Shown in pieces: positions 1 through 12,634 of a DNA stretch of 64,000 bases (its first letter is position 1; each line of letters begins with the position of its first letter). This DNA is from Utricularia gibba (Eukaryota; Plantae; Magnoliophyta): NCBI GenBank assembly GCA_002189035.1, contig NEEC01000009.1:1364001-1428000 (forward strand). The letters run 5' to 3'. The position numbers were made by a program, and so were the translations under genes. The notes under the pieces were generated by a model. The model saw only the letters and a program-made list of their open reading frames with translations, searched no databases and was not told the origin of the DNA.

Positions 1-782
1 TGCCATGGCCAGGGCCACACTTGATGTTGCTGATGGAAGTGGAGAAGGTTCCAGGGCCGATGGAAATGCAGTCGTCGCCGGTTCCGATCTTGGACGATGA
101 GATGGAAGTTACACTGGAAGCCTCGACGTGAATTCCGTCGGTGTTGGGGCTGTTGCCTGGCGCCGTAATCTTCAGACCACTCAACGTAGTGCCGGTGCAC
201 TTATGAATCGATATGTGCATTTGCAGGCTATTTGCCGATGTCAGCCCACTGATCTTACCGTTAACAACCGACTCCAGAGTTAACGACTGCGGCAAAAATG
301 TCAGTTACTACACTACAGAGAAGGAATTGCATGCATGTTATCGATGAAAGTACCGTTGGTCCGGAGGAGGGGCAGGGGCCGTTGGCTGTCTTGCAGTCCC
401 AGTATCCCTTCCCCTTGGCGTCCAGTGTCCCACCGTTGATCCAAAGCCCGTTTATGCTCTTGAACATGATCCAGTAGCTCAAGCTCACGACTTGGGTGTA
501 ATCGGCTGGAGCCACGATCGTTCCCAGTATTTGAACCGTGACGGGAGCTTTGCACGGCCCTCCAAACTGCACGTTTGTCAGCACGTAACTACCATTCGGT
601 ACTTTCATCGTCGCCGGCGTTGCCGAGGCGCAGGCTTCTTTCCACGCGGCGAGAAACGCCGCCGTCGAGTTGGTTGCGCCATCGCTCTTAGCACCGTAGC
701 TGATCACGTCGAACACCTGCGGCACCCCTTGTGCATTGGCAGCTGACAAGAGAACAAGGAAGAGACAGCAGGAGGGCTTCAT
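1..782 (-). CDS. Polygalacturonase (GH28), 3'-truncated by the window edge; exon 1 782-354, intron 353-287, exon 2 286-1
   Basis: Signal peptide MKPSCCLFLVLLSAANA and FDVISYGAKSDG. After a 67-nt GT-AG intron, exon 2 gives the GH28 motifs NTDGIH, GDDCISIG and CGPGHG. Confidence 0.95.
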
Positions 783-2720
783 CCTGCGGGCGTGCCAGAT
801 AGGTTGGGCACGCCATGCCTTTATCTTTCAGACAAGGATACACACCTGGGCCGGATTCCGGGGGAAGATGAGCTTTCTGAATATAGACGAGTTCGACTGT
901 AGCATGAAGCTTGAACATCTGGGGTGGGGTTTGGTGGAAACTTTAAGGCAGAATGATGGAATGGCTGACTTTGCACCCGTAATTATTATTTCATGTCAAC
1001 CAATCCATTTGTTGACCGCTAGCAATTTTGATCCATTAAAAAAATGTATTTGATAAAATATTCATGTTAACTTTTGATCTTATTATATAAGAAAGAAAGG
1101 CATTGAGATCATCTTTGAAAATTACGATGTTGAATGTCCTTCAAAATTATGTACAATTTTGAAAGTTACCATACTAAGGGACTTGTGGCATTCGTATCTT
1201 GATATTAGATAATTTATATACTTTTTTGTATATTATTTTAGATTGATGAATTTTAAGACTTCAAAATTCAATTTTTAGATGATTCAAAATCAAATTAATT
1301 CGAATAATTACACTCAAATACAACAAATCAATTAAAAAAGTGATCATGCATGGTGTATCAAAAAAATAATCATCTTATATATAATTTTTTTATCTTAATG
1401 TATCATAACGAAAATAGTAGTGGCTACTTTTGTCCCAAATACAACTTATAGTACTGATGTTTTCAATTTTGTCTGATTTCTCCAAATTTTGAATTTATCT
1501 CAAAATAAAATATTCCCAAAATTGGTTATGAACGGTATATGTTTGTCGTTTTACTTTCTGCGGTTACTGTGCTTCGAATGCCTTGGTGAACGTCGGCCGT
1601 GGAGATTACGCTCATCGGGTTCGCCATCTCAACCGCTTCGTTTACATATTCTATGCCGGCGGCTCCTCGACGGCTTTCTGCGGTTATCTTCGGGTGAATC
1701 GCCGTCCCTGCTATGGCTCCGATTCCGGATCACACTTTTGGCCTCCGCGGTCGCCTTCTTCTTTCGAGTGGTTACTTCTTCGCGCGAAAACGAAATCTTC
1801 GTAATCGCTCGGGCATTTGGGGATTGCTTTTCAGAAACCGCACTTCGCCATGGTCAAGAGTCGTGATGAGGAATCCGACCGGGTAGATGGGCTGGGCCTA
1901 GGGCTTGGAGTGGGGCCTGGTCAGCCCAATCATTAACGGGCTGGGATAAGGCTTGGATACAATGCTTAGAAGTCTGTTTCATGGTGCTGCGTTGTGAGAT
2001 AACTCATAAATCTTAAGGATTACTTGATGATGTGGCTGGATTTCATTGATTCCATGGGGGATAGAATTCAAGTTTTCCTTGACTAGCTTTGATGCATCCA
2101 CGACCCCGCTAGCCCACTTGGTAAAAGCAGGCAATGTAATGGTGGCTGCTATAAGCCACTTGACTGTAGATTACCCGATAAACAGCACAAGTGGCACTGT
2201 ACTACTGGAAGGAAATTAGAGCCGTACTTTCACTTTCACATGCTCAATTTTTGCTTTCTACTTCTACTTTTGATGCCTTACAACTTTCTTGTGCGTAGAG
2301 GGGTAGACAACTCATATACACCCGACATTGGATCCGAGACCTTTTGACTTCTGACTTCTATGGTTCTCACCACACCATCCTCTAAACAATCAAGCTTCCC
2401 GGATTCATATTGAGTGCTTCATTCAGCTCATGCTGGCCCCGCAGCACCGATCGCCTATATTCGTTGACGAAGTAACTTTGTTTTGATTATTACATTTGCA
2501 TTCAATGGTTGCTGTCCTTGGATTGACTAGGTGTGGATGGTGGGAAGTTGATGAACAGCGACCACAAGTTGACGTTTGACAAGGAATAAGGATCGCGTTA
2601 CAGCGTCTGACAGTTGACAAAAGTGTTTCATAATGGATCATGGAACCGACAATAAGTAATCTTCACCATCAACGGATCTTTTCTTGATCACTATAAAAGA
2701 GGACTCTTGGCAGAGTTCCG

Positions 2721-5700
2721 ATGAGAGCTGCGACGGTGGTGGCGGCGGCGCCGGCGGCTAACCCAATTATAACTCGTGTTTCCAGGTTGGTTTCCATGGG
2801 AGTTTTTGTATGATCATTGGTTGAAAGATCGGTTGGCATGTTTTTTTATAACCTACGGATTTAGATGAAATATGCTTAACAGAATAAAGAAATCAGTGGA
2901 AAAGTCAAACTCGCTCAACAACGCTGCTTCTGCTGCTGCTGATTTTCTAAATACCCATTTCCCTTCATATTCTTCTACGCATCATCTTCATCGGCGTTCC
3001 TGCAAAATGGGTGATTCCGTGAACTTGGGGTCTGATCATTTGCGTCACATTGAGTCGATGGCCGCTATGCTTCCTAGCGCTGCACGAGTTACAAAAATGA
3101 AGGCGGTACTTCTTGGAGAGGCTCCGGCTTTGGAGGACGATGTCGTCGTCATTCCCAGCAAAGAATTTTCTGCAAACGCTCATATCCCTTCCATAGACAA
3201 GGTTTGTACTTTACTGCAGATACATGATATGTTTAAAAGTTCAAGCCTTTCACTTCTCGGAAATGTGCATTCTTGCTCTGTGACAGTATTTCGAGATGTA
3301 CAGAAGGTCTATTGTCGATCCAGCTGGGTTTTGGTCCGATATCGCATCCGGTTTTTACTGGAGAAAGCAATGGGATCGCCCTGTTTGTTCTGAAAATCTG
3401 GACATTCGGAAGGGGAGAATCAGCATTGAGGTAATCTTCATTTCTGCCTTTGAATTCCACTTGTTTATTCTCTCGCTTATCAAGATGTTTTTCCGAGTCA
3501 GTGGTTCAAAGGTGGGATCACAAATATATGCTACAACTGCTTGGATGCAGTCATTGCTTCAGGAAGTGGCAATAAGGTCGCCATTCATTGGGAAGGGAAC
3601 GAGCCGGGCATTGATGCGTCTCTGACGTATAACCAACTTTTGGAGAGGGTTTGCCAGGTCATTTTTTTAATTTTTGTTGCCTACACCCTTTTGTGCAGAC
3701 TGCTTAGATTTCATTAACATGATGACAGGTAGCTAATTACTTGAAAGACATTGGAGTCCGAAAGGGGGATTCTGTTCTGATATACCTTCCCATGCTCATG
3801 GAATTGCCAACAGCAATGCTTGCTTGTGCTCGTATTGGTGCTGTTCACTCTGTACGTACGAATCTAGTTGCTTGCTAACTTTCTTTCACTTTTAGTTCAA
3901 CAGAAAAGTCATTGCTTTCATTTTCAGGTTGTTTTTGCCGGATTCTCTTCTGAATCTCTGACCCAGAGAATAATGGATTGCAAACCAAGAGTCGTTATAA
4001 CTTGCAATGCCGTTCAAAGAGGACCAAAAACCATTGTACTTAAAGACATAGTTGACTCTGCATTAGAAGACTGCGCACAGAATGGTTTTGTAGTTGGTAA
4101 TTGGATCTATAATATGTTTGTTGATCTAATCTTTTTCTTTAACTTACAGATAGCTGCATTAGTTATTTATATGGAATGTAAAAAAAAAAAAACCGAACTC
4201 ACATTATTTTTTCTGTGCTTTCATGTGGAATGTAATGAAAGCACATTCCTAGGTATGACAGTGAGTATAGTGACACTTTTCTTTCCTAGGTATTCAATCG
4301 CATTGATGCCTCAACTTACATGATAAATTCTGCTATTTATCATCTTAATAAAAAAAAAAGAATGCGCATAATTAGAGATATTAGAAAGATGTGATTTTGG
4401 AGCTTTTTCATTACTTATATAATGCTTCGCAGGTACTTGTTTAACCTATGAAAATAGAATCGCGTTGAAGAAGGAAAGCACCAGGTGGATAGAGGGAAGA
4501 GACATTTGGTGGCAGGTTTGATATTGTGAAGGAGATGCCTTTTTTGTTCCTTTAAGATCTTAGAATAAAGAAAATAGGAATGATTTTCTCTTAGTTAGTT
4601 ACTTTGTACCTAGTTATTAACGTTTCCTTTTTATTGTTATTTCCAGGATATAATTCCAAAGTATCCTACTAGTTGTGAAGTTGAATGGGTTGATGCTGAG
4701 GATCCACTTTTTTTGCTTTATACTAGTGGGAGCACGGGAAAGCCCAAGGTATGTGGGATGTGGAAAACTACCATAATTTTTTATGCAATTCTTGACGTTA
4801 AAAAAGGTAATTTTGTTGTGTTATCGCAAGGGTGTCTTGCATACAACTGGAGGATACATGGTGTACACGGCTACGACATTCAAATATACCTTTGATTATA
4901 AACCGTCTGATGTATACTGGTATAAATTTCATCTAATTTTTTGTTGGCACATAGTTAGTATAAGAAAACGCAAATTCTTCTAACCATCGTTTATCTTTTG
5001 TTATCGTCAGGTGTACAGCTGATTGTGGGTGGATTACAGGTCACAGCTATGTCACTTATGGGCCTCTACTGAATGGAGCAACTATTGTGGTTTTTGAAGG
5101 GGTACATTTAAATGTCCTTTTATAGTCATTGAAGTTACTGCTCAAGGATAACCTTTTTTTGGCATGATGTCTTTAATTTCCACATGGCGTGATTTAAATA
5201 GCTGTAATTTCATAATCATGTAAATGCAGGCAGATGGGCTCTAGTGTTCTCAGCTTTACAACCTCTCCTGATTCATTGATTTTGTATTTGTATAGTTTCC
5301 TGTTTATTTTTAAAATCTACAAGCAAAGATAGGTCTGATCTTCCATCATTTTTTGTATTGTAACAATAAATTCTTTTCAGGCCCCAAATTATCCGAATCC
5401 TGGCCGTTGCTGGGACATAGTTGACAAATTTAATGTGTCTATATTCTACACAGCACCTACACTTGTGCGTTCTTTGATGCGTGAAGGAGCTGAGGCAAGA
5501 AAATGATCCTTTTAATTAAGCTTACCCCATTTATTGAGCTTGTGGTTGTTGATTGCTCTTTTGTGTAGACAAGACAGACATGTAGTGTGAATGCATTATA
5601 AGGAGTCTCTGTTTTTCATATTGTCTTCTGAGTCTTATACCTCGAGTTGGTGAAGACAAGATTATTAAGTGAAGTGTTTATGGAGAAAAAAAACCTGTAG

Positions 5701-7605
5701 ATGTATGGTGTTCCATGATTAGATCGATGTTCAATAAGAACACCCGGAAATCCTTATGAGAAGTGGACATGCGTACACTGCTGACATTGTTTTTAAAAAA
5801 ATTGCAGCATGTGTCTCGTTACTCAAGGAAATCTTTGCGTGTTCTTGGCAGCGTTGGTGAACCTATTAATCCAAGTGCATGGAGGTTTTTTCACAACCCC
5901 CTGGAGTTCTATTATTTCTCTTTTTCTTGTTCATGACAGCCTCAGGATCTTCATGTTCATTTATGCAGGTGGTTTTTCAACCTGGTTGGAGACGCAAGAT
6001 GCCCCATTTCTGACACCTGGTGGCAAACAGAGACTGGGGGTTCATGGTAGTTTTTTATTTGACTGATTTATTCGTAATTTTGCATGCTAGAAGGTTAAAC
6101 TTTATTACCTTGCAGATAACTCCTTTACCTGGAGCCTGGCCACAGAAACCTGGTTCTGCTACTCTCCCTTTTTTCGGTGTCAAGGTACTAGAATGCTCTC
6201 CATATCTGTAACGAAAGTTGGTATGAGACCCTGAGCAGTTTGCCAATTATTTGTAAGCATATCTGTAACGAAAGTTGGTCATCTCATAGTAAATGCATTG
6301 TTTGTTTCTGCCATTTGGTGCAGCCTGTCATAGTCGATCAGAATGGTGATGAAATTGAAGGTCCTTGCGATGGATATTTGTGTATTAAAAGTTCATGGCC
6401 AGGGGCTTTTCGAACACTCTATGGAGATCATGAAAGATATGAATCAACATACTTCAGTCCATTTCCTGGATACTATTTCAGTGGAGATGGTTGCAGAAGG
6501 TTTTGTGTTTTAGAATTCAACCGATTAAGATCTCTGCATAATCTTTCTGACATATATATGTACTCCAAATTCACATTTACATATACTGATATTCTGAATT
6601 GCTTCTCATCCTTACCAACTGTCCTACTCCTGAAATTTAATTTTATGTTTCTTTTGACAAATCAGAGATCAAGATGGTTACTTCTGGCTCACTGGAAGAG
6701 TTGATGATGTCATTAATGTCAGGTAACACTACTTTCTGATCTGTGTACTCTTGCTGACTATTTTCTTGGAAAATTTACGAGCTGAGAGATGTTCCTCATT
6801 CTCCGTTGTCTTCGCTACTGTCACACTTTCCTCTGGTCAAAGAAAACGAAACCTGTGTTTTTAATTTCTGTTCCATTAAGCATGTGAGATGTACCACATC
6901 AGAAACAATAGGAAAATGGCCTTAATCTAGTTTCTTCCATTATGCATACATGTCATTCTATGTTATACAAATTAGCATCCTTCTTCAGTTTATCTTTTCT
7001 TGTCGAGTATGTTTAATGGAAGGAATCATGCAGCGGGCATCGTATTGGCACCGCAGAAGTGGAATCTGCACTCGTTTCACATCCTCTGTGTGCTGAGGCT
7101 GCCGTTGTTGGGGTTGATCATGAGGTAATCCTGTTAGAAGCTATGAATATCATTCATTCATTAGTCGCCCCAGCTGCCTACACTCAGGAAGGTCTATCTC
7201 CATTCATGTCTGGATTGTGACTTCAGGTTAAGGGACAGGGTATATATGCCTTTGTAACTCTTGTCGATGGTGTGCAATACAGCAATGACCTGCGGAAAGA
7301 GCTCATAATGACCGTGAGAAAACAGGTAGGCACACTAACCGTTTCCTTTGCCATGGAGTGTTACCAGACAGAATTGCAGGTTTAATGGTTGGTACGAGTG
7401 CCTTTCTCTGTGGTTGCAGATTGGAGCATTTGCTGCACCAGACAGAATCCACTGGGCTCCTGGCCTACCCAAGACGAGAAGCGGGAAGATAATGAGAAGA
7501 GTTCTTCGAAAAATTGCTTCCAAGCAGGTGGATGAGATTGGGGATGTTAGCACGTTGGCTGATCCCACTGTTGTTAATCAGCTAATCTCATTAGCAGACT
7601 CTTGA
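2721..7605 (+). CDS. ACS: Acetyl-CoA synthetase, probably plastid-targeted, about 19 exons; apparent -1 frameshift at 6036-6040
   Basis: Spliced exons give [58 protein letters not shown] and [15 protein letters not shown]; stop at 7603-7605. The 2721 start is inferred from a frame-compatible 2786-2882 intron. Confidence 0.95.
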
Positions 7606-8870
7606 ATCTGAGAATCTGCTGACTTCTATAGCGTGATTGAATGTTGTATATTTTTTTCACACGGGGGAACAAACAAAGGGATACTAATAATGATGTGAGA
7701 ATAATGTGGTGTTGTACTTTGACTTAATGCTTTTTCTCTGAACCTTCTACGATATTTCCACTCCAAGATTGACTCGGAATTATGGGAACTCTTCCAGAAC
7801 AATTACCACGGAAGAGTGCAACGAGCCGGAACAAAATCACTGCCAACAGGAATTTAAACTAGGAAAGAAACGAGGCCTACACAGCAAATGGAAACTCAGT
7901 CCTTGGAAGGAAAAGTTACCTGTAGTATAACAACTGACTTGACCACAACATACTCTGGAAACATCCGACTTCATTTCAGCCTTGAAAGAATCATTTCTAC
8001 CCAACATGCATGACAGGAAGAAATGGGAGAAGGAACGAATATAGGAGAAAAAAGAAATGCATGTGGAATTGAATTTGGGAAATGATGAGAAATTATAACA
8101 TTTGCCATCCACCTGTTGGCAAGGTTGCAAAGGACCAATTAAGAGTCCAGAAACCTGCATCTCAACAAATGCAAGTCACTGACCACATTATTGATTGTTT
8201 AAAAAAACAATTTATCGAACCCAACACATATGAAGCCTTAACTGTCCAGCATGCTCATTAATACCAGACTGGGTGGATCAACCTATGCGTTCACGTTATT
8301 CTAGTCATGTTATAGACTGCTGCAGGACAGAAAAATGCAATTTCTTCATAAGGACGAATACAGGATTCATCCAAGTGATATGTTCCCCGAGGACATATTC
8401 TGATACAGATAAGACAACGCAAAGAGGATGGGATGGCTTATTCAAAGATGTACATAACCCAGTTACTGATCCATGTCATTTTTAGCCATCAATTTTTTGA
8501 AGAGAAAAACAGTCAACAAGGGGAAGCTGAAATCAGATTACATGAGATAAGGCTCAAGAAAACATGGTACTGGCTGATACATCTCCAATAGGTTCTGAAC
8601 AAACAATGCACCAGACGAGATCCAAAAGTCACCCACCCTCAAACCTGCAAAAGAAATAAAACATGGAGTTCTTATCAAGTACGAGTTATAGACCCTCGGA
8701 AATAAATCTGCCCTGCTTCATAAGAGATTTCCCCGCACTCCTCCATGGCTAATGAAACAGCCAAATCCTAACTGAAGCAGGAAAATGATCTCCCAAGGAT
8801 ATCATCAAACAATGCGGGTATCTAAGCCGCTTCCATCTACCATGAATCTCTTTGGACATCTTTCATTACT

Positions 8871-11800
8871 TCAGATTACATCATTTAAATTCTCAGGTGT
8901 CTGCAATCCATCGTTCTCGTCCATAATCGCATTGTCTTTGCTGTCACAGGCGGTGGCACTGCTTAAAATTTCATCATTTGTGGAAGCCTTTGACCGTGAA
9001 TGCCTCCTATGTTTTGATTTGTGTTCATCAGAATGTCTTGGAGAATTTCTACTGCCTTTCTTGTGCTTTCTTTCATTAGACCTTTGTGGTGATTTTTTTC
9101 CCCTTTTTTCCTTTTTCCTCTTCTCATACTTCTCACTAGACTGATGATTTTCTTCTGGACTATTTGACCTCGAGTTTTTTCTGTGTACAGATGTGCCTTC
9201 ATCTAAATCCATTGCAAGCGATCTTTTTCTATTATCCAGGCACTCATTTGACGGAGATCTAGAGCGCCTCCTCTTCTGCTTCTCATTAGCGGTGCTCTCT
9301 CTCTTGTCACTGTAGTCATGATTCATCTCATCAGATCTAGAAGAAGAGCGGTTTCTACGCTTAGACCTACTTACACCATCGCCTGGAGACCGAGACCTCC
9401 TCCTATAATGATTAGGAGATCTAGAGTCATGTCGAGACAGCCTATGTGTTCTCTCACTTGAGCCCTCTCGATAATTTCTCGGTGAACCTAACTCTTCATG
9501 GTATGGCCTCTTCGCTTCAGAGCTACCACTTCTACTTCTCCTTCTTCTGGACTCACCTGAATCCCTTTCATGATTTCTAACTCGATCCCGATGCCTCCTG
9601 TGACTGATATCTCTGAAATTCCGGTATTTTCTCCAGTCTTTCTCGTATCTTGAATAGTGGCGGGACCTAACTGGTGATCTGGATCGATAGCCTCGGTGCC
9701 TGCGTGGTGGAGGTGAGTATGAACGAGATCTCCGTCTACGTCCTTTATTCACTGGAGACAATGATTTTGACCGTGATCTAGATCTTGACTTACTGCGATT
9801 GGCAACTGGCGACCTGGTCCATTCACAAAGGAGCAGCACATTAAAAAGGAGCAAAAAGTAAGAATCGCAGAAAGTGGACATGCGGCACCAATGGTAGAAA
9901 CTGTAACATAAGATGAAAAAAAGGTTAATGTACTAAGCTATACAGGGAAAAAAATCCAACACCAACACACCAACTGTTGAGCAACCAGCAAAAACAACAT
10001 GCTGCAGTCAAGACCTCACATCGTCCAGAATCCTTTTAGCCTTCCTATTTTTGGAGAAAATAAGGTCGATTCTTTTCCTCGAGAAATAAGATTGAAAAGT
10101 TCTATAAAAGCAGTAAAACTCGGATGGAAAACATAGAGCCACGGCTGTCTACGACAGATCAAAGTAGAAAATTATACTGCTCACAAACATACTATGCGTT
10201 AATTACAATCATGACCAAGTAATATAATTAGTAATGCAATTGAAAAATACTTACTTAGATCTTTTTTCTGATTCCTTTTCCTCGGTGACCAGCCCATCAA
10301 TTTGTAGCTTCTTACTGATTTCTGCAGCTCTAGCAGCAGCTAGCTCCGTTGCAGACTTCATTGTGGCTGCTCGGCTAGCCGCTTGCTGTGCTGTCAGTGT
10401 TTGCTGCATCAGAAGAGCCTGCTGAAATTGCATTTGCTGCACTGCAACAGCTTGCTGCATCACCATAGGCAAAGTTGATGATCCCAAGGCAGACGGTTTT
10501 GGAGGAAGCGCTTTGGCCATTTCAACATTCAGTGGACGGCCACCTACATCCATATTGTTTAATGCTAAAGCAGAAGTTGCTTCTTCAGGCTTTGAGTACT
10601 CGATGTACGCAAAATGCTTAGAATCAGTAATAGTGCAATCGATAATAGTGCCACAAAAGCCAAAAAGTTGTTTCAACTGATCAACCATCAGTAGTGGGCT
10701 GAGATTACTAACTTGAACAGTCTTTCTGAGCGTCTCAGCATTTTTCTTGTCATCCTCCAAAGCTAGGATAGTGCCACAGTGATAAACCTTAATTAATCAT
10801 TAGGTATAAAAAATAATTATGCAAAAAGAACAAACTTTACTCAATAAATTGAACAAAGGCATCCAAAAGCACAAACAAAAATTTAAGTTAGTCCTCTTAC
10901 ATACCAGATGAACCCTTTGCAGATTTTGCTTGGGCATCAGCATGCGCTTGAAGTGCTTGTGCAGCAACAATTGCCTGAGCAGCAGCCATTGCAGCAGCAG
11001 ACGGTGCCATAGGCACCTGACTCAGGGTTCCCATAGTAGTGATTGCAGTTAAGGCAGTCATCAGCAGATTATGAGGTGGATGATTAAACTTGCAATCGGT
11101 ACTAGTGCAACGTCCATTAAGATATTCTCTGCACATTTCTCCTAATGCTGATCCCATTCCAGGTAATATGACTCCCCCAGATGCCCCAGCAACAACGCCA
11201 GGAACCATACCAAGTAAGCCTGGGAAAGCACCAGATATTGAGCCTGAGTAATTTGGCATGTTCGGCATTGTCTGGTTAACTAAATTTGGAAATGAGGGAT
11301 TTTGAGGCATGTTGATAAGTCCGCCAGGGGTTCCTGAAAAAGTACACACATCAAGTTGGGATTACCCAGGATGGGACTAAATAAAGTGAAGTATAAATGC
11401 TATCACACTAACTAATTTACTTCATGGGATCTAGAAAGGGCCTAATAATATTTCACGATAAACAACCGGTTCCACTTTACGATGAAAATTCAAGTATTTT
11501 TTTGAAGATGTATACTGTAACACCAAAAAGGACAAGGGATAGCACAGTGAGTGATGAAACTAAACTAATGCAGCTAACTAAGAGGAATTGTAAGCGGATG
11601 AAATAAAGTTGTTCAAAAAACAATCTAATTTGGTTAATTGGACAACAAATGCCTCATCTACTCTTACTTCCCCCTAAAAAAATCATACCTGTGCTAAAAA
11701 AAACAGGGAAGGGACTTCCCATTATTGGCCTCCCGTTGCATTCCACATTCACCATATAATTCCCCCTCTTGGAAACTACATAGGTCACAGTATAGGTCCC

Positions 11801-12274
11801 ATCACCCATATCTTTAACTATCCCCTCTTGTTCATTTCCCCCAACTCCTACACCCGGCGCCACGCAAACCCTCACTTGAGCACCACCCTGAACCACCTTT
11901 CTCCCCTCCGAGTCCTTAGTAACCACAGTAAAAGTGGCTGTTACGCACGCCGTCCCACCAGCAATTCCCGCACCTTGTGCGGTGCACTTTGCGGGATCCA
12001 CAGGACCAATGGAGCGGTCACTCTCAGATGCCTTCTCATCATCCTCAACGTCAGAGGAAGAGGATGACGCGGCAGAAGGTGATTGCGGATTTTGTGACTG
12101 CGAACTGTTGAAAGTAGCCTCAAAGGCAGCCTTCGCGGCGGCGTCTTTCTCGGCTTGGCTCTTGAGCTTCGCTTCCTCTGCTTGCTTAAGCCATATTGGC
12201 TTCGGGGCCGCAGCATTCGACGGCGCGGCCACCGGAGTCGTTCCGTTAATCGGATTATTGGGACGATCACCCAT
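8871..12274 (-). CDS. Filamin-like Ig repeat + CCCH zinc finger + RRM + long RS-rich tail protein (putative splicing factor), 4 coding exons
   Basis: Exon 1 has the filamin fold (ATFTVVTKDSEGRK...DGTYTVTYVV). Exon 2 has CREYLNGRCTSTDCKFNH. Exon 3 has an RRM (VQVSNLSP...FAYIEY...GGRPLNVE). Exon 4 is RS-rich. Splice phases are consistent. Confidence 0.9.
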
Positions 12275-12634
12275 GAGTTTAGCAGTGGTGTCGGAGATGC
12301 AACCCTAGCGTGAGGAAATATATATTCTTCTACTGGCCGCGCCCTGCCCTGGATGAGATTTGCTTCGAGATATTTTGGGATTTTTTTCTTTTTATTTGGA
12401 CTCTCTCAGTCTTATTACTCACAATAAAAAAAATTATTTGTATTCTTTTTTTAATCGAAAATCTTCGAAAAATCACACCTTACAGGCCTCCAGCAGGACA
12501 AACTCTATGCTGACGTGTTGTTGTCTTAATCCGGGGATAAGGGGAAAGTGAAGCACCCCATATAACACGGATATCTACACCAATAACATACATGGTAGCG
12601 TTTTGCAACTGGTGCCATTTTTGCTCATCGAGAA

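Noticed and set aside
1863-1869. Box C-like GTGATGA suggesting a snoRNA
   Set aside because: No box D (CTGA) or terminal stem was seen at a suitable distance.
6201-6279. 22-bp direct repeat CATATCTGTAACGAAAGTTGGT in an ACS intron
   Set aside because: Only two copies; a simple local duplication, not a CRISPR array or element boundary.
8795-8802. Second ATATCCTT (minus strand) in the RRM gene 3' region
   Set aside because: No U12 branch site or AC acceptor was seen downstream, and an 8-mer is expected by chance in 64 kb.
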